NCBI GenBank assembly: GCA_017984315.1
Contig: JAGNZR010000003.1
Location: 7,587-71,586, forward strand
Direction: 5' to 3'
From: Fusobacteriaceae bacterium
GTDB taxonomy: Bacteria; Fusobacteriota; Fusobacteriia; Fusobacteriales; Fusobacteriaceae
Length of the DNA: 64,000 nt
A program made the position numbers and the translations under genes. The notes beneath the pieces are model-generated. The model was not told the origin of the DNA, did not search any database, and worked only from the letters and a program-made list of their open reading frames with translations. This document shows, piece after piece, positions 7,859-17,376 of the stretch (the first letter of the stretch is position 1; each line of letters starts with the position of its first letter).

Positions 7859-8839
7859 ATGAAATATCTAAAAAATTTAAACTATAAAGTTTTAAAAACA
7901 GCTATAGCCACAGTAATAGCAATTAAAGTTGCTGAATATTTGGGAATTAAATATTATCCTACTGCAGGGATTGTAGCGATAATAAGCCTACAAGGGACAA
8001 TAAGAGAAACATATAAAATAGGGATAGAGAGGATAGTATCAACTAGTATCGGGTTATTGATTTCTAGTTTGCTTTTTTATTTTTTAGGTTATAACTATCT
8101 AGTAGTGGGTATTTTTATCCTGATTTTTATGCCTATCTGTATAAAATTTAAATTAATTCAAGGGTTTTTGATAAGTGTAGTTCTTGCAACGCATTTTGTT
8201 GGGGAAACCTCTTTGTCAGTTAAATTTCTCTTAAATGAGTTTGGAATACTTGCTATTGGACTTACTATATCTATGGTTTTTAATCTCTATATGCCTGATT
8301 TAAATAAGGAGATTGAGGGTATAAAAAAAGAGATTGGAGAGATGATGCAAAAAATTCTTCTGGATATGTCTGATAATTTAAGATATCAATATTGCTCTGA
8401 CGATGAAAAAAATTATTTTGAAAGATTAAAAGTACTTGGGAATAAAGGGAAAAACCTCGCTATAGAGCAGCATAATAATTTGATTTTGAAACCTAATTTT
8501 AAAAACTTTGATTATTTTAGAATGAGATATATTCAATATAAAATATTAAAGAGAATGAAGAGAAGTTTTTTAAGGCTTTACAAATCTTTTGAACCAGGAA
8601 TAGTAATTGCCGATCTTATTGAAAAAATTTCCTATACAACTTTTGATACTGAAGAGATTGAAGGGGTATTAAAAGAGATTGAGAAAACAAAAATACATTT
8701 TAAAAATAGTGAACTTCCTAAAAATAGAGATGAGTTTGAGAATAGATCGATACTTTTTGAGTTTCTTATGGATCTTGAAGAGTTTGCATCTGTAGTATTA
8801 GAGTATTTGAAAAATTATCCTCGTCCTAAAAAAAGTTAA
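7859..8839 (+). CDS. aromatic acid exporter (ArAE/FUSC-like, UPF0421) family membrane protein
   Basis: AGGAG RBS. Five or six N-terminal TM segments are followed by a ~170-aa soluble helical tail, the architecture of YgaE/ArAE-type proteins. Confidence 0.6.
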   Translation: MKYLKNLNYKVLKTAIATVIAIKVAEYLGIKYYPTAGIVAIISLQGTIRETYKIGIERIVSTSIGLLISSLLFYFLGYNYLVVGIFILIFMPICIKFKLIQGFLISVVLATHFVGETSLSVKFLLNEFGILAIGLTISMVFNLYMPDLNKEIEGIKKEIGEMMQKILLDMSDNLRYQYCSDDEKNYFERLKVLGNKGKNLAIEQHNNLILKPNFKNFDYFRMRYIQYKILKRMKRSFLRLYKSFEPGIVIADLIEKISYTTFDTEEIEGVLKEIEKTKIHFKNSELPKNRDEFENRSILFEFLMDLEEFASVVLEYLKNYPRPKKS

Positions 8840-8868
8840 ATTGTTTTTATAAAAAATTGAATATTTAG

Positions 8869-8911
8869 AAAAAACAGTATAGTTTGAAATAATGAATTAT
8901 ACTGTTTTTTA
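8869..8911 (+). terminator. Rho-independent terminator
   Basis: ACAGTATA (8874-8881) pairs with TATACTGT (8898-8905), followed by a T-run. Confidence 0.7.
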
Positions 8912-8939
8912 TTTTTGACTAAATTCATAAAGAATATTC

Positions 8940-8968
8940 TTGACTATTTGCATAAAGAATAATATTAT
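8940..8968 (+). promoter_or_regulatory. sigma70-like promoter for cysK-cysE
   Basis: TTGACT (8940-8945), 17-nt spacer, TATTAT (8963-8968). It is the second copy of a 25-bp tandem module. Confidence 0.5.
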
Positions 8969-9015
8969 ATACTTATACTGTAAATTATAAAAAATATATT
9001 GGGAGAGTGGAGCGA

Positions 9016-9927
9016 ATGGTTTATAATAATCCTTTAGAATTAATAGGAAATACTCCAATTATAAAATTAAGTAAAATGGTAGATGAAAATTCAGCAGATG
9101 TATATGTAAAATTAGAAAAAAATAGTTTAACAGGAAGCGTAAAAGATAGAGCGGCACTAAATATGATAATTCAAGCTGAAGAGTTAGGATTGTTAAAAAA
9201 AGGTGGTACAATAGTAGAACCTACTAGTGGAAATACTGGCATTGCATTGGCACTTATAGGAAAATTGAAAGGTTATAGAGTTATTATTGTTATGCCTGAT
9301 ACTATGAGTGAAGAGAGAAGACAGATTATTAAAGCATATGGAGCAGAGCTTGTTTTAACAGAAGGGGCAAAAGGGATGACTGGTTCTATAGAAAAAGCTT
9401 TAGAAATGGCTAAAGAGGATCCTAATTATTTTGTTCCACAGCAGTTTAGCAATAAATTTAATGCTCAAATTCATGAAAAAACAACAGCTTTAGAGATTAT
9501 AAAAGATATACCGGATATTAAAGCTTTTGTTGCAGGAGTTGGGACTGGTGGAACTATATCTGGAACAGGAAAAAAATTAAAAGAGTACAATTCAAATATA
9601 AAGGTATATGCAGTTGAGCCTAAGGAATCAGCTGTAATCTCTACAGGGAAGAGTGGACCTCATAAAATACAAGGGATTGGAGCAGGTTTTGTAACAGATA
9701 TTTATAATAAAGATGTTGTAGATGAAGTTATTACAATTACTGCTGAAGAATCATTTAAAATAGTTAAAGAGTTAGTAGAAAAAGAGGGGTTATTTTTAGG
9801 AATCTCTTCAGGAGCCAGCATAGGTGTAGCACTCCAACTAGCAAAAGGTATGAAAAAAGGGGAAAAGGTTGTAGCTATAGCACCAGATGGCGGAGAGAAA
9901 TATCTATCTACAGGTATTTTTAATTAG
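9016..9927 (+). CDS. cysK: cysteine synthase A (O-acetylserine sulfhydrylase)
   Basis: PLP-lysine region [23 protein letters not shown] loop. [10 protein letters not shown] glycine loop. The ATG at 9016 sits 10 nt after GGAG; the GTG at 9007 lies inside the RBS. Confidence 0.93.
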   Translation: MVYNNPLELIGNTPIIKLSKMVDENSADVYVKLEKNSLTGSVKDRAALNMIIQAEELGLLKKGGTIVEPTSGNTGIALALIGKLKGYRVIIVMPDTMSEERRQIIKAYGAELVLTEGAKGMTGSIEKALEMAKEDPNYFVPQQFSNKFNAQIHEKTTALEIIKDIPDIKAFVAGVGTGGTISGTGKKLKEYNSNIKVYAVEPKESAVISTGKSGPHKIQGIGAGFVTDIYNKDVVDEVITITAEESFKIVKELVEKEGLFLGISSGASIGVALQLAKGMKKGEKVVAIAPDGGEKYLSTGIFN

Positions 9928-9938
9928 GGAGTGTAGAG

Positions 9939-10457
9939 ATGTTAAAAAATTTAAAAGAAGATATAAAAAATATAATGAATTTAGATCCAGCAGCAAGCTC
10001 TTTTTTAGTAGTACTGCTTTTATACCCAAGTATACATGCAATGTTTTTTCATAGAATTGCACATAAATTATATCAGAAAAAATTCTTTTTCTTAGCAAGA
10101 GCTGTATCGCAATTCAGCAGATTTTTAACAGGGATAGAGATTCATCCAGGGGCTGTTATAGGAAGAAGACTTTTTATTGATCATGGAATGGGTGTAGTTA
10201 TTGGGGAAACGGCAGAAGTCGGTGATGATGTAATAATTTATCATCAAGTAACTTTAGGTGGTACAGGAAAAGATAAAGGGAAAAGACACCCTACAGTAAA
10301 AAATGGGGTCATTATAGGGGCAGGAGCAAAAATACTTGGTCCAATAACTTTAGGTGAAAATGTAAAAGTTGGTGCTAATACAGTAGTACTTAAATGTGTA
10401 AAAGCTGGAGAAACTGTGGTAGGAAGACGTGGAGAGATCATAAGTAAAAATGAATAA
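9939..10457 (+). CDS. cysE: serine O-acetyltransferase
   Basis: Hexapeptide-repeat left-handed beta-helix [43 protein letters not shown]. It lies 11 nt downstream of cysK. Confidence 0.92.
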   Translation: MLKNLKEDIKNIMNLDPAASSFLVVLLLYPSIHAMFFHRIAHKLYQKKFFFLARAVSQFSRFLTGIEIHPGAVIGRRLFIDHGMGVVIGETAEVGDDVIIYHQVTLGGTGKDKGKRHPTVKNGVIIGAGAKILGPITLGENVKVGANTVVLKCVKAGETVVGRRGEIISKNE

Positions 10458-10496
10458 AAAATGAGAGCCGGTAGAAATTACCGGCTCTCATTTTTC
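10456..10496. terminator. bidirectional terminator between cysE and the convergent symporter gene
   Basis: ATGAGAGCCGG (10461-10471) pairs with CCGGCTCTCAT (10481-10491). An A-run precedes it and a T-run follows. Confidence 0.85.
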
Positions 10497-10520
10497 GTAT
10501 AGATAATGCTTATATAAGCA

Positions 10521-11966
10521 TTATTTTTTTTTATATGTATCAGAAATTTCTTCCCATAATTCAGTATTTTTCAAATTATATTTTCTAGGATCAAAAACAG
10601 GATCTATTCCTAATTTCATCTGCTCATCATAGTCTTTAATAATAATAAGAGCTGGTTTAGAAAGGATTAAGATGGCTATAATGTTCAACCAAGCTGTCAG
10701 ACCTGCACCAATATCTCCTAAATCCCAAGCTAAAGTAGAGCTTTTCAAAGAGTTAATAAAAATTATAATCAGGAAGATAACTCTTAAAACAAATACTGCT
10801 TTACTTTGAAAAGCTTCACTTCTTATTAAATAATAAACATTTGTTTCAGCTATATAGTAGTAAGACATTATTGTAGTAAAGGCAAAGAAGAATAAGCTTA
10901 TTGCAACAGCGAAAGGACCTATAAAACCAAAAATTGATGAAAGTCCAGCTTGTACAAAACCTGATCCTACAGGAATACCAGGAAGATTTTCAGTTATCAT
11001 AACCCCATCAGGACCTACAACGTTGTAGCAGTTTGTAAGAAGCATCATAACAGCTGATGCAGTGCAAACAAACAAAGTATCAACATAGATTGAAAAAGCT
11101 TGTACATAACCTTGTTTAGCAGGGTGAGAAACATTAGCAGCAGCAGCAGGGTGTGGTCCTGTTCCTTGCCCGGCTTCATTAGAAAAGATTCCTCTTTTAA
11201 CTCCCCACATTATAGCAGATCCCATAATTCCACCATAGATAGAATTTTTGTCAAAAGCAGATTTTATTATAAGTTCAAAAACTGCAGGTAATTTTTGTAT
11301 ATTGAAAATAATTATTACAAGGGCTAAAAGAATATAACCACCAGCCATAATAGGAACAACAACTTCTGCAACTTTTGCAATTCTTTTAACTCCACCGAAT
11401 ATTGTAAGTCCTGTTAAAACTACAACAAAAGATGTTATTAAAACTTTATCAACTCCAAATGTATTGCTAAGAGTGTTTGTTATTGTATTTCCTTGAACTC
11501 CTGGAAGTAAAACTCCAAGAGATATAACTGCACATATTGCGAAAAGGTTTGCATACCATTTGCAGTTAAGCCCTTTTTCTATATAATATGCAGGACCACC
11601 TCTAAATGTATCCTCATGTTTCTCTTTCCAAAGTTGACCTAAAGATGATTCAACAAATGCTGAAGCGGCACCTAAAAAAGCAATCATCCACATCCAAAAT
11701 ATTGCACCAGGTCCACCATAACATATAGCAGTAGCAACTCCAGCAATGTTACCAGTTCCAACTCTTCCACTTATAGCAATAGAAAAGGCTTGAAATGGTG
11801 ATAATCCAGGACCGTCATTTTTGGCAAATAATAGTGATTTAAATTGATTTATCCCTCTAACTTGCGGAAACTTAGTTATAACTGAAAAATATATTCCAGA
11901 TCCTAAGCAAAGATAAATAAGCGGGTTCCAAATAAAGCTCATAACTTTTGATACAAATTCTTCCAT
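10521..11966 (-). CDS. alanine/glycine:cation symporter (AGCS family)
   Basis: AGCS signature region FQAFSIAISGRVGTGNIAGVATAI. Polytopic protein. GGAGG RBS lies 8 nt before the ATG at 11966; the ORF-track start at 11981 is a TTG inside the RBS. A glycine riboswitch lies upstream. Confidence 0.9.
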   Translation of the reverse strand: MEEFVSKVMSFIWNPLIYLCLGSGIYFSVITKFPQVRGINQFKSLLFAKNDGPGLSPFQAFSIAISGRVGTGNIAGVATAICYGGPGAIFWMWMIAFLGAASAFVESSLGQLWKEKHEDTFRGGPAYYIEKGLNCKWYANLFAICAVISLGVLLPGVQGNTITNTLSNTFGVDKVLITSFVVVLTGLTIFGGVKRIAKVAEVVVPIMAGGYILLALVIIIFNIQKLPAVFELIIKSAFDKNSIYGGIMGSAIMWGVKRGIFSNEAGQGTGPHPAAAANVSHPAKQGYVQAFSIYVDTLFVCTASAVMMLLTNCYNVVGPDGVMITENLPGIPVGSGFVQAGLSSIFGFIGPFAVAISLFFFAFTTIMSYYYIAETNVYYLIRSEAFQSKAVFVLRVIFLIIIFINSLKSSTLAWDLGDIGAGLTAWLNIIAILILSKPALIIIKDYDEQMKLGIDPVFDPRKYNLKNTELWEEISDTYKKK

Positions 11967-12001
11967 AATAATTTCCTCCAATTTTAATATAATATTAAAA
12001 A

Positions 12002-12038
12002 CAAAAAAAGAGATACTAATTTTTAAATTAATACCTCT
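12002..12038 (-). terminator. intrinsic terminator forming the expression platform of the glycine riboswitch
   Basis: On the minus strand, AGAGGTATTAAT-TTAAAA-ATTAGTATCTCT forms 12 pairs including 2 G-U, followed by T7. It lies between aptamer 2 and the symporter RBS. Confidence 0.65.
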
Positions 12039-12108
12039 TAAGAAATCAAAAAAGAATTATGCGAAAAAATAATACAAAAAAAATTTTGTAATATTTTAAA
12101 GTATAATT

Positions 12109-12272
12109 CCTCTGTCCTTTTACCTGAGAGTTTAGTCCAAATTTCTTTGGGTTTGCTCCTTCGGTGCTCCATAGAGTCTCTCCAGAGGCTCGTCCAGTAT
12201 AGGTCCTCAAGTTTTTCAACTAACCTGAAAGATTTACTTCTTCGGTGGCCACATTGGCGCTCTCCCTATACC
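12109..12272 (-). promoter_or_regulatory. tandem glycine riboswitch (two aptamers)
   Basis: Minus strand, aptamer 1: GGTATAGGGAGAGCGCC..GGCCACCGAAGAAG..TTTCAGG..GAGGACCTATAC. Minus strand, aptamer 2: CCTCTGGAGAGACTC..GAGCACCGAAGGAGCAA..CTCTCAGGTAAAAGGACAGAGG. Both carry the GGAGAG / CACCGAAGG / CUCAGG..AAGGAC consensus blocks and a closing P1. Confidence 0.9.
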
Positions 12273-12311
12273 TTCATCCGATTTTTTTATTTATTTTTAA
12301 TTATGTAATCT

Positions 12312-12340
12312 ATAATAAACAAATTTCGTATAGATGTCAA
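12312..12340 (-). promoter_or_regulatory. sigma70-like promoter driving the glycine riboswitch and symporter
   Basis: Minus strand TTGACA (12340-12335), 17-nt spacer, TATTAT (12317-12312). Confidence 0.6.
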
Positions 12341-12359
12341 CATTTTTTTTACAATTTTT

Positions 12360-14114
12360 TTATTGTTTGTTATACATAGTGAAGTAAAGCCCTTTTTTAT
12401 TTATAAGTTCTTCATGTTTTCCAATTTCAACAATTTTTCCATCATTGACAACAAGAATAAGATTAGCATTTCTTATAGTAGATAATCTATGGGCTATAAT
12501 AAAGCTAGTTCTTCCAGCAATCATATTTTTCATAGCATCTTGTAATTTTTTTTCTGTTCTAGTGTCAACTCCACTTGTAGCTTCATCAAAAATTAAAAAT
12601 TTAGGATTAGAAACAATTGCCCTGGCAACGGCTAAAAGCTGCTTTTGGGCATGTGAAAGCAGAATATTTTCCTCTGATATAGGTGTTTCATACCCTTTTG
12701 GAAGTTTTATTATAAAATCATGAGCACATGCTTTTTTAGCCCCTTCAATAATCATATCATCTGTAACATTTTCATTTCCATAAGCGATATTCTCTTTAAT
12801 AGTTCCGGAAAAAAACCAAGTGTCTTGAAGGACCATACCAAATAGTCTACGATATTCAGATTTTGAATACTCTTTAATATCGATACCGTCTAACTTAATA
12901 GTTCCAGAATTAATTTCATAAAAACGCATAATAAGGTTAACAAGAGTTGTTTTTCCAGAACCAGTAGGTCCAACAATGGCAATCATCTCTCCCGGTTTTA
13001 CGTGAAAACTTAAATTTTCAATAGTATTTTTAGTATTTTTGGTGTTTTTATTTTTTATATGGTCAAGGTTAAAATAAGAAAAACAAACATTTTCAAAAGC
13101 AATTTCTCCATTAATAGTTTCTGGATTAATTTTTTTATTCCCTGTAATGTTCTCCTCTTTTTGATTAACAAATGAAAAAAACCTCTCACTACTGACTAAA
13201 ACACTTTGTATAATTCCAAATACATCGGAAAGATTGGCTATAGGTCGGTTAAAAAGTTTTGAATAAATAATAAAGCTAGAGAGCCCACCAATAGTAATGG
13301 TTCCTTTAATTATAGAGTAAGAACCTAATAAAATAATAATGACATAACCGATATTTCCAATAAAGTTAATAGATGGATAATTAATACCAAGTAAAAATTG
13401 TCCTTTTATTGCATTTAATTTATAAATATTATTAAGTTTTTTAAATCTTTGTATAGCATTATTTTCATAAGAAAAAGATTTAACCTCTTTTTGTCCCATT
13501 AAAATTTCCTCAGTATATCCGCTTAATTTTCCTAAAAATGATTGTTGAACTCTAAGTTTTTCACGACTTAACAAATTTATCTTTTTTATATAAAAAGCTG
13601 CAAAAACAAAGAGGAATAATTGGACTGTTGTTAAAAAAGGACTTATGAAAAACATAATACCTAGAGCTAAAAAAATAGTTAGAATACTTGTTATAATCTG
13701 TGTTCCAATCAATGAAAATGAGCTGTTTATATTATCAATATCGTTTATCAAAATACTCAAAATATTACCACTTGAATTATTATCAAAATAATTAATTGGA
13801 AAGTTATGAAACTTAACAAAACTCTCTTTTCTCATTTTATAGACAGATTTTTGAGTAATTGTATTAATTTTTCTATTTTGAATTAGTGAGATAAAAGTTT
13901 CTAAGATATATATAGCTATGAGGGCTCCTGAAAATAATAAAAGATTTTTGTGTTCAGGAGTAATTATAATGTTGATGGCTTTTCCTATTAGAAAAGGACC
14001 TAATAGTGCCAATATATTTGTAATTATAGATAAAAACATTAAAAGAATAAATTGATTTTTAAATTCAGATAGATAAGTCCATAATTTTTTTAAAATAGCA
14101 TAATTATTGGTCAT
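12360..14114 (-). CDS. ABC exporter, fused permease/ATPase, consensus-Walker-B half of a heterodimer
   Basis: Six-TM domain plus NBD. Walker A GPTGSGKTT. Walker B FLIFDEATSGVD with the catalytic Glu retained. Degenerate signature LSHAQKQ. H-loop IIAHRLS. It overlaps the upstream gene by 11 nt. Confidence 0.9.
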   Translation of the reverse strand: MTNNYAILKKLWTYLSEFKNQFILLMFLSIITNILALLGPFLIGKAINIIITPEHKNLLLFSGALIAIYILETFISLIQNRKINTITQKSVYKMRKESFVKFHNFPINYFDNNSSGNILSILINDIDNINSSFSLIGTQIITSILTIFLALGIMFFISPFLTTVQLFLFVFAAFYIKKINLLSREKLRVQQSFLGKLSGYTEEILMGQKEVKSFSYENNAIQRFKKLNNIYKLNAIKGQFLLGINYPSINFIGNIGYVIIILLGSYSIIKGTITIGGLSSFIIYSKLFNRPIANLSDVFGIIQSVLVSSERFFSFVNQKEENITGNKKINPETINGEIAFENVCFSYFNLDHIKNKNTKNTKNTIENLSFHVKPGEMIAIVGPTGSGKTTLVNLIMRFYEINSGTIKLDGIDIKEYSKSEYRRLFGMVLQDTWFFSGTIKENIAYGNENVTDDMIIEGAKKACAHDFIIKLPKGYETPISEENILLSHAQKQLLAVARAIVSNPKFLIFDEATSGVDTRTEKKLQDAMKNMIAGRTSFIIAHRLSTIRNANLILVVNDGKIVEIGKHEELINKKGLYFTMYNKQ

Positions 14115-15906
14115 ATATGTCTCCTAAGTTAGTATTTAGGTATATAGATTGGGAAGCATAAATCTCTTTGTAGATAAGGCAATTTCTTATTAGAGTTTCA
14201 TGAGAGCCTTCACCTACTATTTTCCCATTATCCAAAACAATTATCTTATCTGAATTTTTGATTTGAGCTATCTTTTGTGAAATTATAATTTTTGTAACAC
14301 CTTTTATTCTGCTATTAATATTTTTTTTAACTTCATCAGCTGTAACTGAATCAAGGGCACTAAAACTGTCATCTAAAATTAATATTTCAGAATTTTTTAA
14401 TACTGTTCTAGCTAAAGATAATCTCTGTTTTTGACCTCCGGAAAAATTATTTCCACCTTTTGTAATTATATTTTTATATTTTTTAGGAAGAGTTTCAACA
14501 AAATCTTGTGCCATAGCTATCTCAAGAGATTCAGCAACTTCATTATCGCAAGCTTCTCTTTTTCCCCATTTTATATTTTGTTCGATAGTACCAGTAAATA
14601 AAAAAGATTTTTGCATAACTATTCCTATTTTTTTTCTAAGTTCAAATAGGTTGTAGTTATTAACGTTTATATTGTTAATCAGTATCTCTCCTTTTGTAAC
14701 TTCGTAAAATCGAGGAATAAGTGAGATAAGGGTAGTTTTACCAGAACCGATTCCACCTATAATTGAAACTGTTTCCCCTTTGTTAATTTTAAAATTTATA
14801 TTTTCTAAAATATAAGGTTCTTTTTTAGAATAAGAAAATGAAACATTTTTAAACTCAATTAAAGGAGTATTATGAATTGCAATATTAGAATTAATATTTT
14901 TATTTTTATCAAAATTATCACTATTTTGTGCGTTCATGTTTTCTTCACACTCTTCACAATTTATTTGGAAAATCTCTTTTAATCTTCCATAAGAGACTAT
15001 AGCTCTGCTCCCGATTGAAAATAAAAAATACAAAGGAGTAAGTAAAAATATAATCATAGTGAGATAATTTATAAGAGCAATTACTTCCCCTATTTTTAAG
15101 TTGCCTAAACTCACTTTATTTCCACCAAACCATATGATTCCGGCTATAGCAATATTCATAATAAGATTCAAAAATGGTATTTTTGAAGTCATAATATTTT
15201 CAGCTCTAATAGCTTCTTCAGTAAATTCAGTGCTGTATGCGTCAAATTTATTTTTTTCAATCTCTTCTTTGGCAAGGGCACGGACAACTCTTATTCCAGA
15301 GAGGTTTTCTTTTATAATTTGCGATATTTTATCTAATTTTTTTTGTACATTTATAAAAAGAATTGTAGATTTCTTCATATAAAAATAAATGAGAAAAATA
15401 CAAATTGGAAGAAAAAATAAAAATATTAGTGCTAGCTGAAAATCAATATACAATACCATAAAAATTGCCCCTAGAATTGTAACAACAATCCTTAATGCAA
15501 CTCTAGTACTCATCATATACATAAGAATAATCTGATCTATATCCTTTGTTGCTCTTCTAATTAAAGAGGTTTGAGAAAATTGATTAAGCTGGTTAAAATT
15601 AAAAAACTGTATTTTAGAAAAAACAGTTTCCCTAAGATCGGCACCTAAATTTTGGGCCCCTTTTACTGAGAAATAGCTGCATCCAATAGAAGAAGTATAT
15701 GCTATTATTATAAGAGAAATCATAATTACTCCAGAATAAAAAAGATATTCTGTATTTTGTTTTTTTATCCCTTCATCTATTATTTTTGCCATTATCAGAG
15801 GTAGTAAAATATCTACAATTGATTCTATTGATTTTAGCACTCCTGCCGCTACAGAAATTTTTATATTTGGTTTAATCATTTTATATAGAAAGTTATCTCT
15901 AAACAT
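14104..15906 (-). CDS. ABC exporter, fused permease/ATPase, degenerate-site half of a heterodimer
   Basis: Walker A GGIGSGKTT. Canonical signature FSGGQKQRL. Walker B ILILDDSFSALD, with Asp in place of the catalytic Glu. Together with the partner's LSHAQ signature this gives one degenerate ATP site, as in LmrCD/TM287-288-type exporters. Confidence 0.9.
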   Translation of the reverse strand: MFRDNFLYKMIKPNIKISVAAGVLKSIESIVDILLPLIMAKIIDEGIKKQNTEYLFYSGVIMISLIIIAYTSSIGCSYFSVKGAQNLGADLRETVFSKIQFFNFNQLNQFSQTSLIRRATKDIDQIILMYMMSTRVALRIVVTILGAIFMVLYIDFQLALIFLFFLPICIFLIYFYMKKSTILFINVQKKLDKISQIIKENLSGIRVVRALAKEEIEKNKFDAYSTEFTEEAIRAENIMTSKIPFLNLIMNIAIAGIIWFGGNKVSLGNLKIGEVIALINYLTMIIFLLTPLYFLFSIGSRAIVSYGRLKEIFQINCEECEENMNAQNSDNFDKNKNINSNIAIHNTPLIEFKNVSFSYSKKEPYILENINFKINKGETVSIIGGIGSGKTTLISLIPRFYEVTKGEILINNINVNNYNLFELRKKIGIVMQKSFLFTGTIEQNIKWGKREACDNEVAESLEIAMAQDFVETLPKKYKNIITKGGNNFSGGQKQRLSLARTVLKNSEILILDDSFSALDSVTADEVKKNINSRIKGVTKIIISQKIAQIKNSDKIIVLDNGKIVGEGSHETLIRNCLIYKEIYASQSIYLNTNLGDIYDQ

Positions 15907-15920
15907 CTAGTGTGCCTCTC

Positions 15921-17237
15921 TTATTCCCAAATTTTTCTTATTTTATTTTCAAGATTAGATGGTATTTTAAAATTTTCGTCCATTACTGTTTTTAAAGCAT
16001 TAAAAGGTTTGTTTCTGTAAGATTTTCTATCTCTACTTGAGGCATAGATCTCCTCTTCAATATCATTATAAAATTCAACATATCTACCAACTCTGTAGTC
16101 AATAGATTTTTGAATCTCTTTATTTTTATGATTTGAATTTTCAATCTCTATTTCATTTCTCCACTCATGGTTATCTTTATCATAAACAGCCACATAAGGT
16201 ATTTTAAAGCTGTTACACAATCTCGAAAATTGTGGAATCAGACTCTTACTACCACATTCAACAACAGTATACTCATAACTAAATATTTTTAAAAGTTTAG
16301 CAAGATAACTAAGGACCATTTTATCTGTTTGCCCCTCTACTAAAATAACTTTTTTAGCAAAGAAAAGCTCACCTCTATCGGTATTAATCCAATAGTTCAT
16401 ATTAAAATTTTTGATCTCATCACCTGAAAAGAGTTTCCCTTTAAATTGAAAAAAATCACTTTGATTTCTGTGAAGTTGTGCAATAGTTATAGAGGGATAT
16501 TGTTTTAAACCTACAAATCTACTTGACTGAGTCTCAATTATAATATGTACTCCTATATTTGAAAGTTTTATTAAGCAGTCATATAACTCTCTCTCCTCTT
16601 GAGGACTTAAAAAAATTTCAGGATTCTCTAAAAAAATGAATAATTTATTTACTTCTACAATAGAATTGACTTGCAAAAGATGGTTAAAATATTTTATTGT
16701 TTCAAATATAATATGCCTAGAGCTTGCTTTATTAATATGAGCATTTTCTAAGGCTAAATATTTTTCTTCAAAAAAATATTCATTAATACAAAGTGATGGA
16801 TATGTTGTTTCTAAATAATGAAAAAGCTTTTTTAAAAATAATCCTGCACTATCCTTTGGAATTTTAGAGTAAGTTGAAATTTCTAAAATAGTTATATGAC
16901 CTAAAATTTCTTTATATTCATCATAAGTCACAATCTCTTCATTCCCAGAACTGTTTAATTTAAAAATTAATACATCACTTTCAGTGGGTTTCTCTATTAC
17001 AAGCTCACATAAGATGCCGTCATCAGAAACAAATTCAGTGCCTATTCTAAAAGGTAGTGTTGGATTTCTCAGATAATCTTTTGAAAAACTTTGAGGGTTA
17101 AAAAAGAAAATAATAGCTGACATAAGGGAAGATTTTCCAGAGTTATTGGCCCCTATAAAGATTAAAAGATTTTTATATAGAATTTTAGTATGAGAGATTG
17201 ATTTCCAATTAGTAACTGATATCGATTTTATCTGCAT
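15921..17237 (-). CDS. OLD-family-like ABC-type ATPase fused to a TOPRIM nuclease domain (compact, 438 aa)
   Basis: AGGGGG RBS. Walker A FIGANNSGKSS. Walker-B-like LFIFLENPEIFLSP. TOPRIM acidic motifs VILVEGQTDKMVL and YVAVYDKDN. Its stop is 14 nt upstream of the ABC exporter start. Confidence 0.7.
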   Translation of the reverse strand: MQIKSISVTNWKSISHTKILYKNLLIFIGANNSGKSSLMSAIIFFFNPQSFSKDYLRNPTLPFRIGTEFVSDDGILCELVIEKPTESDVLIFKLNSSGNEEIVTYDEYKEILGHITILEISTYSKIPKDSAGLFLKKLFHYLETTYPSLCINEYFFEEKYLALENAHINKASSRHIIFETIKYFNHLLQVNSIVEVNKLFIFLENPEIFLSPQEERELYDCLIKLSNIGVHIIIETQSSRFVGLKQYPSITIAQLHRNQSDFFQFKGKLFSGDEIKNFNMNYWINTDRGELFFAKKVILVEGQTDKMVLSYLAKLLKIFSYEYTVVECGSKSLIPQFSRLCNSFKIPYVAVYDKDNHEWRNEIEIENSNHKNKEIQKSIDYRVGRYVEFYNDIEEEIYASSRDRKSYRNKPFNALKTVMDENFKIPSNLENKIRKIWE

Positions 17238-17376
17238 TACTGCCCCCTGTAAACTTATATTATTTAACTAATTATAGCATTATAAGAAAAAATAAAAAAA
17301 TAAATTATTATTTATAATTTTATGATGAGTTTAATGTATAATATAGTTAAATATTAAATAAAACAAGAGGTAAAAA

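Noticed and set aside
13022-13056. Short tandem repeat AGTATTTTT/AGTATTTTT/GGTGTTTTT encoding KNKNTKNTKNT in the ABC exporter NBD
   Set aside because: It is in frame, only about three units long, and sits in a variable loop before Walker A. It looks like a lineage-specific low-complexity insertion rather than a functional repeat or a phase-variation tract.
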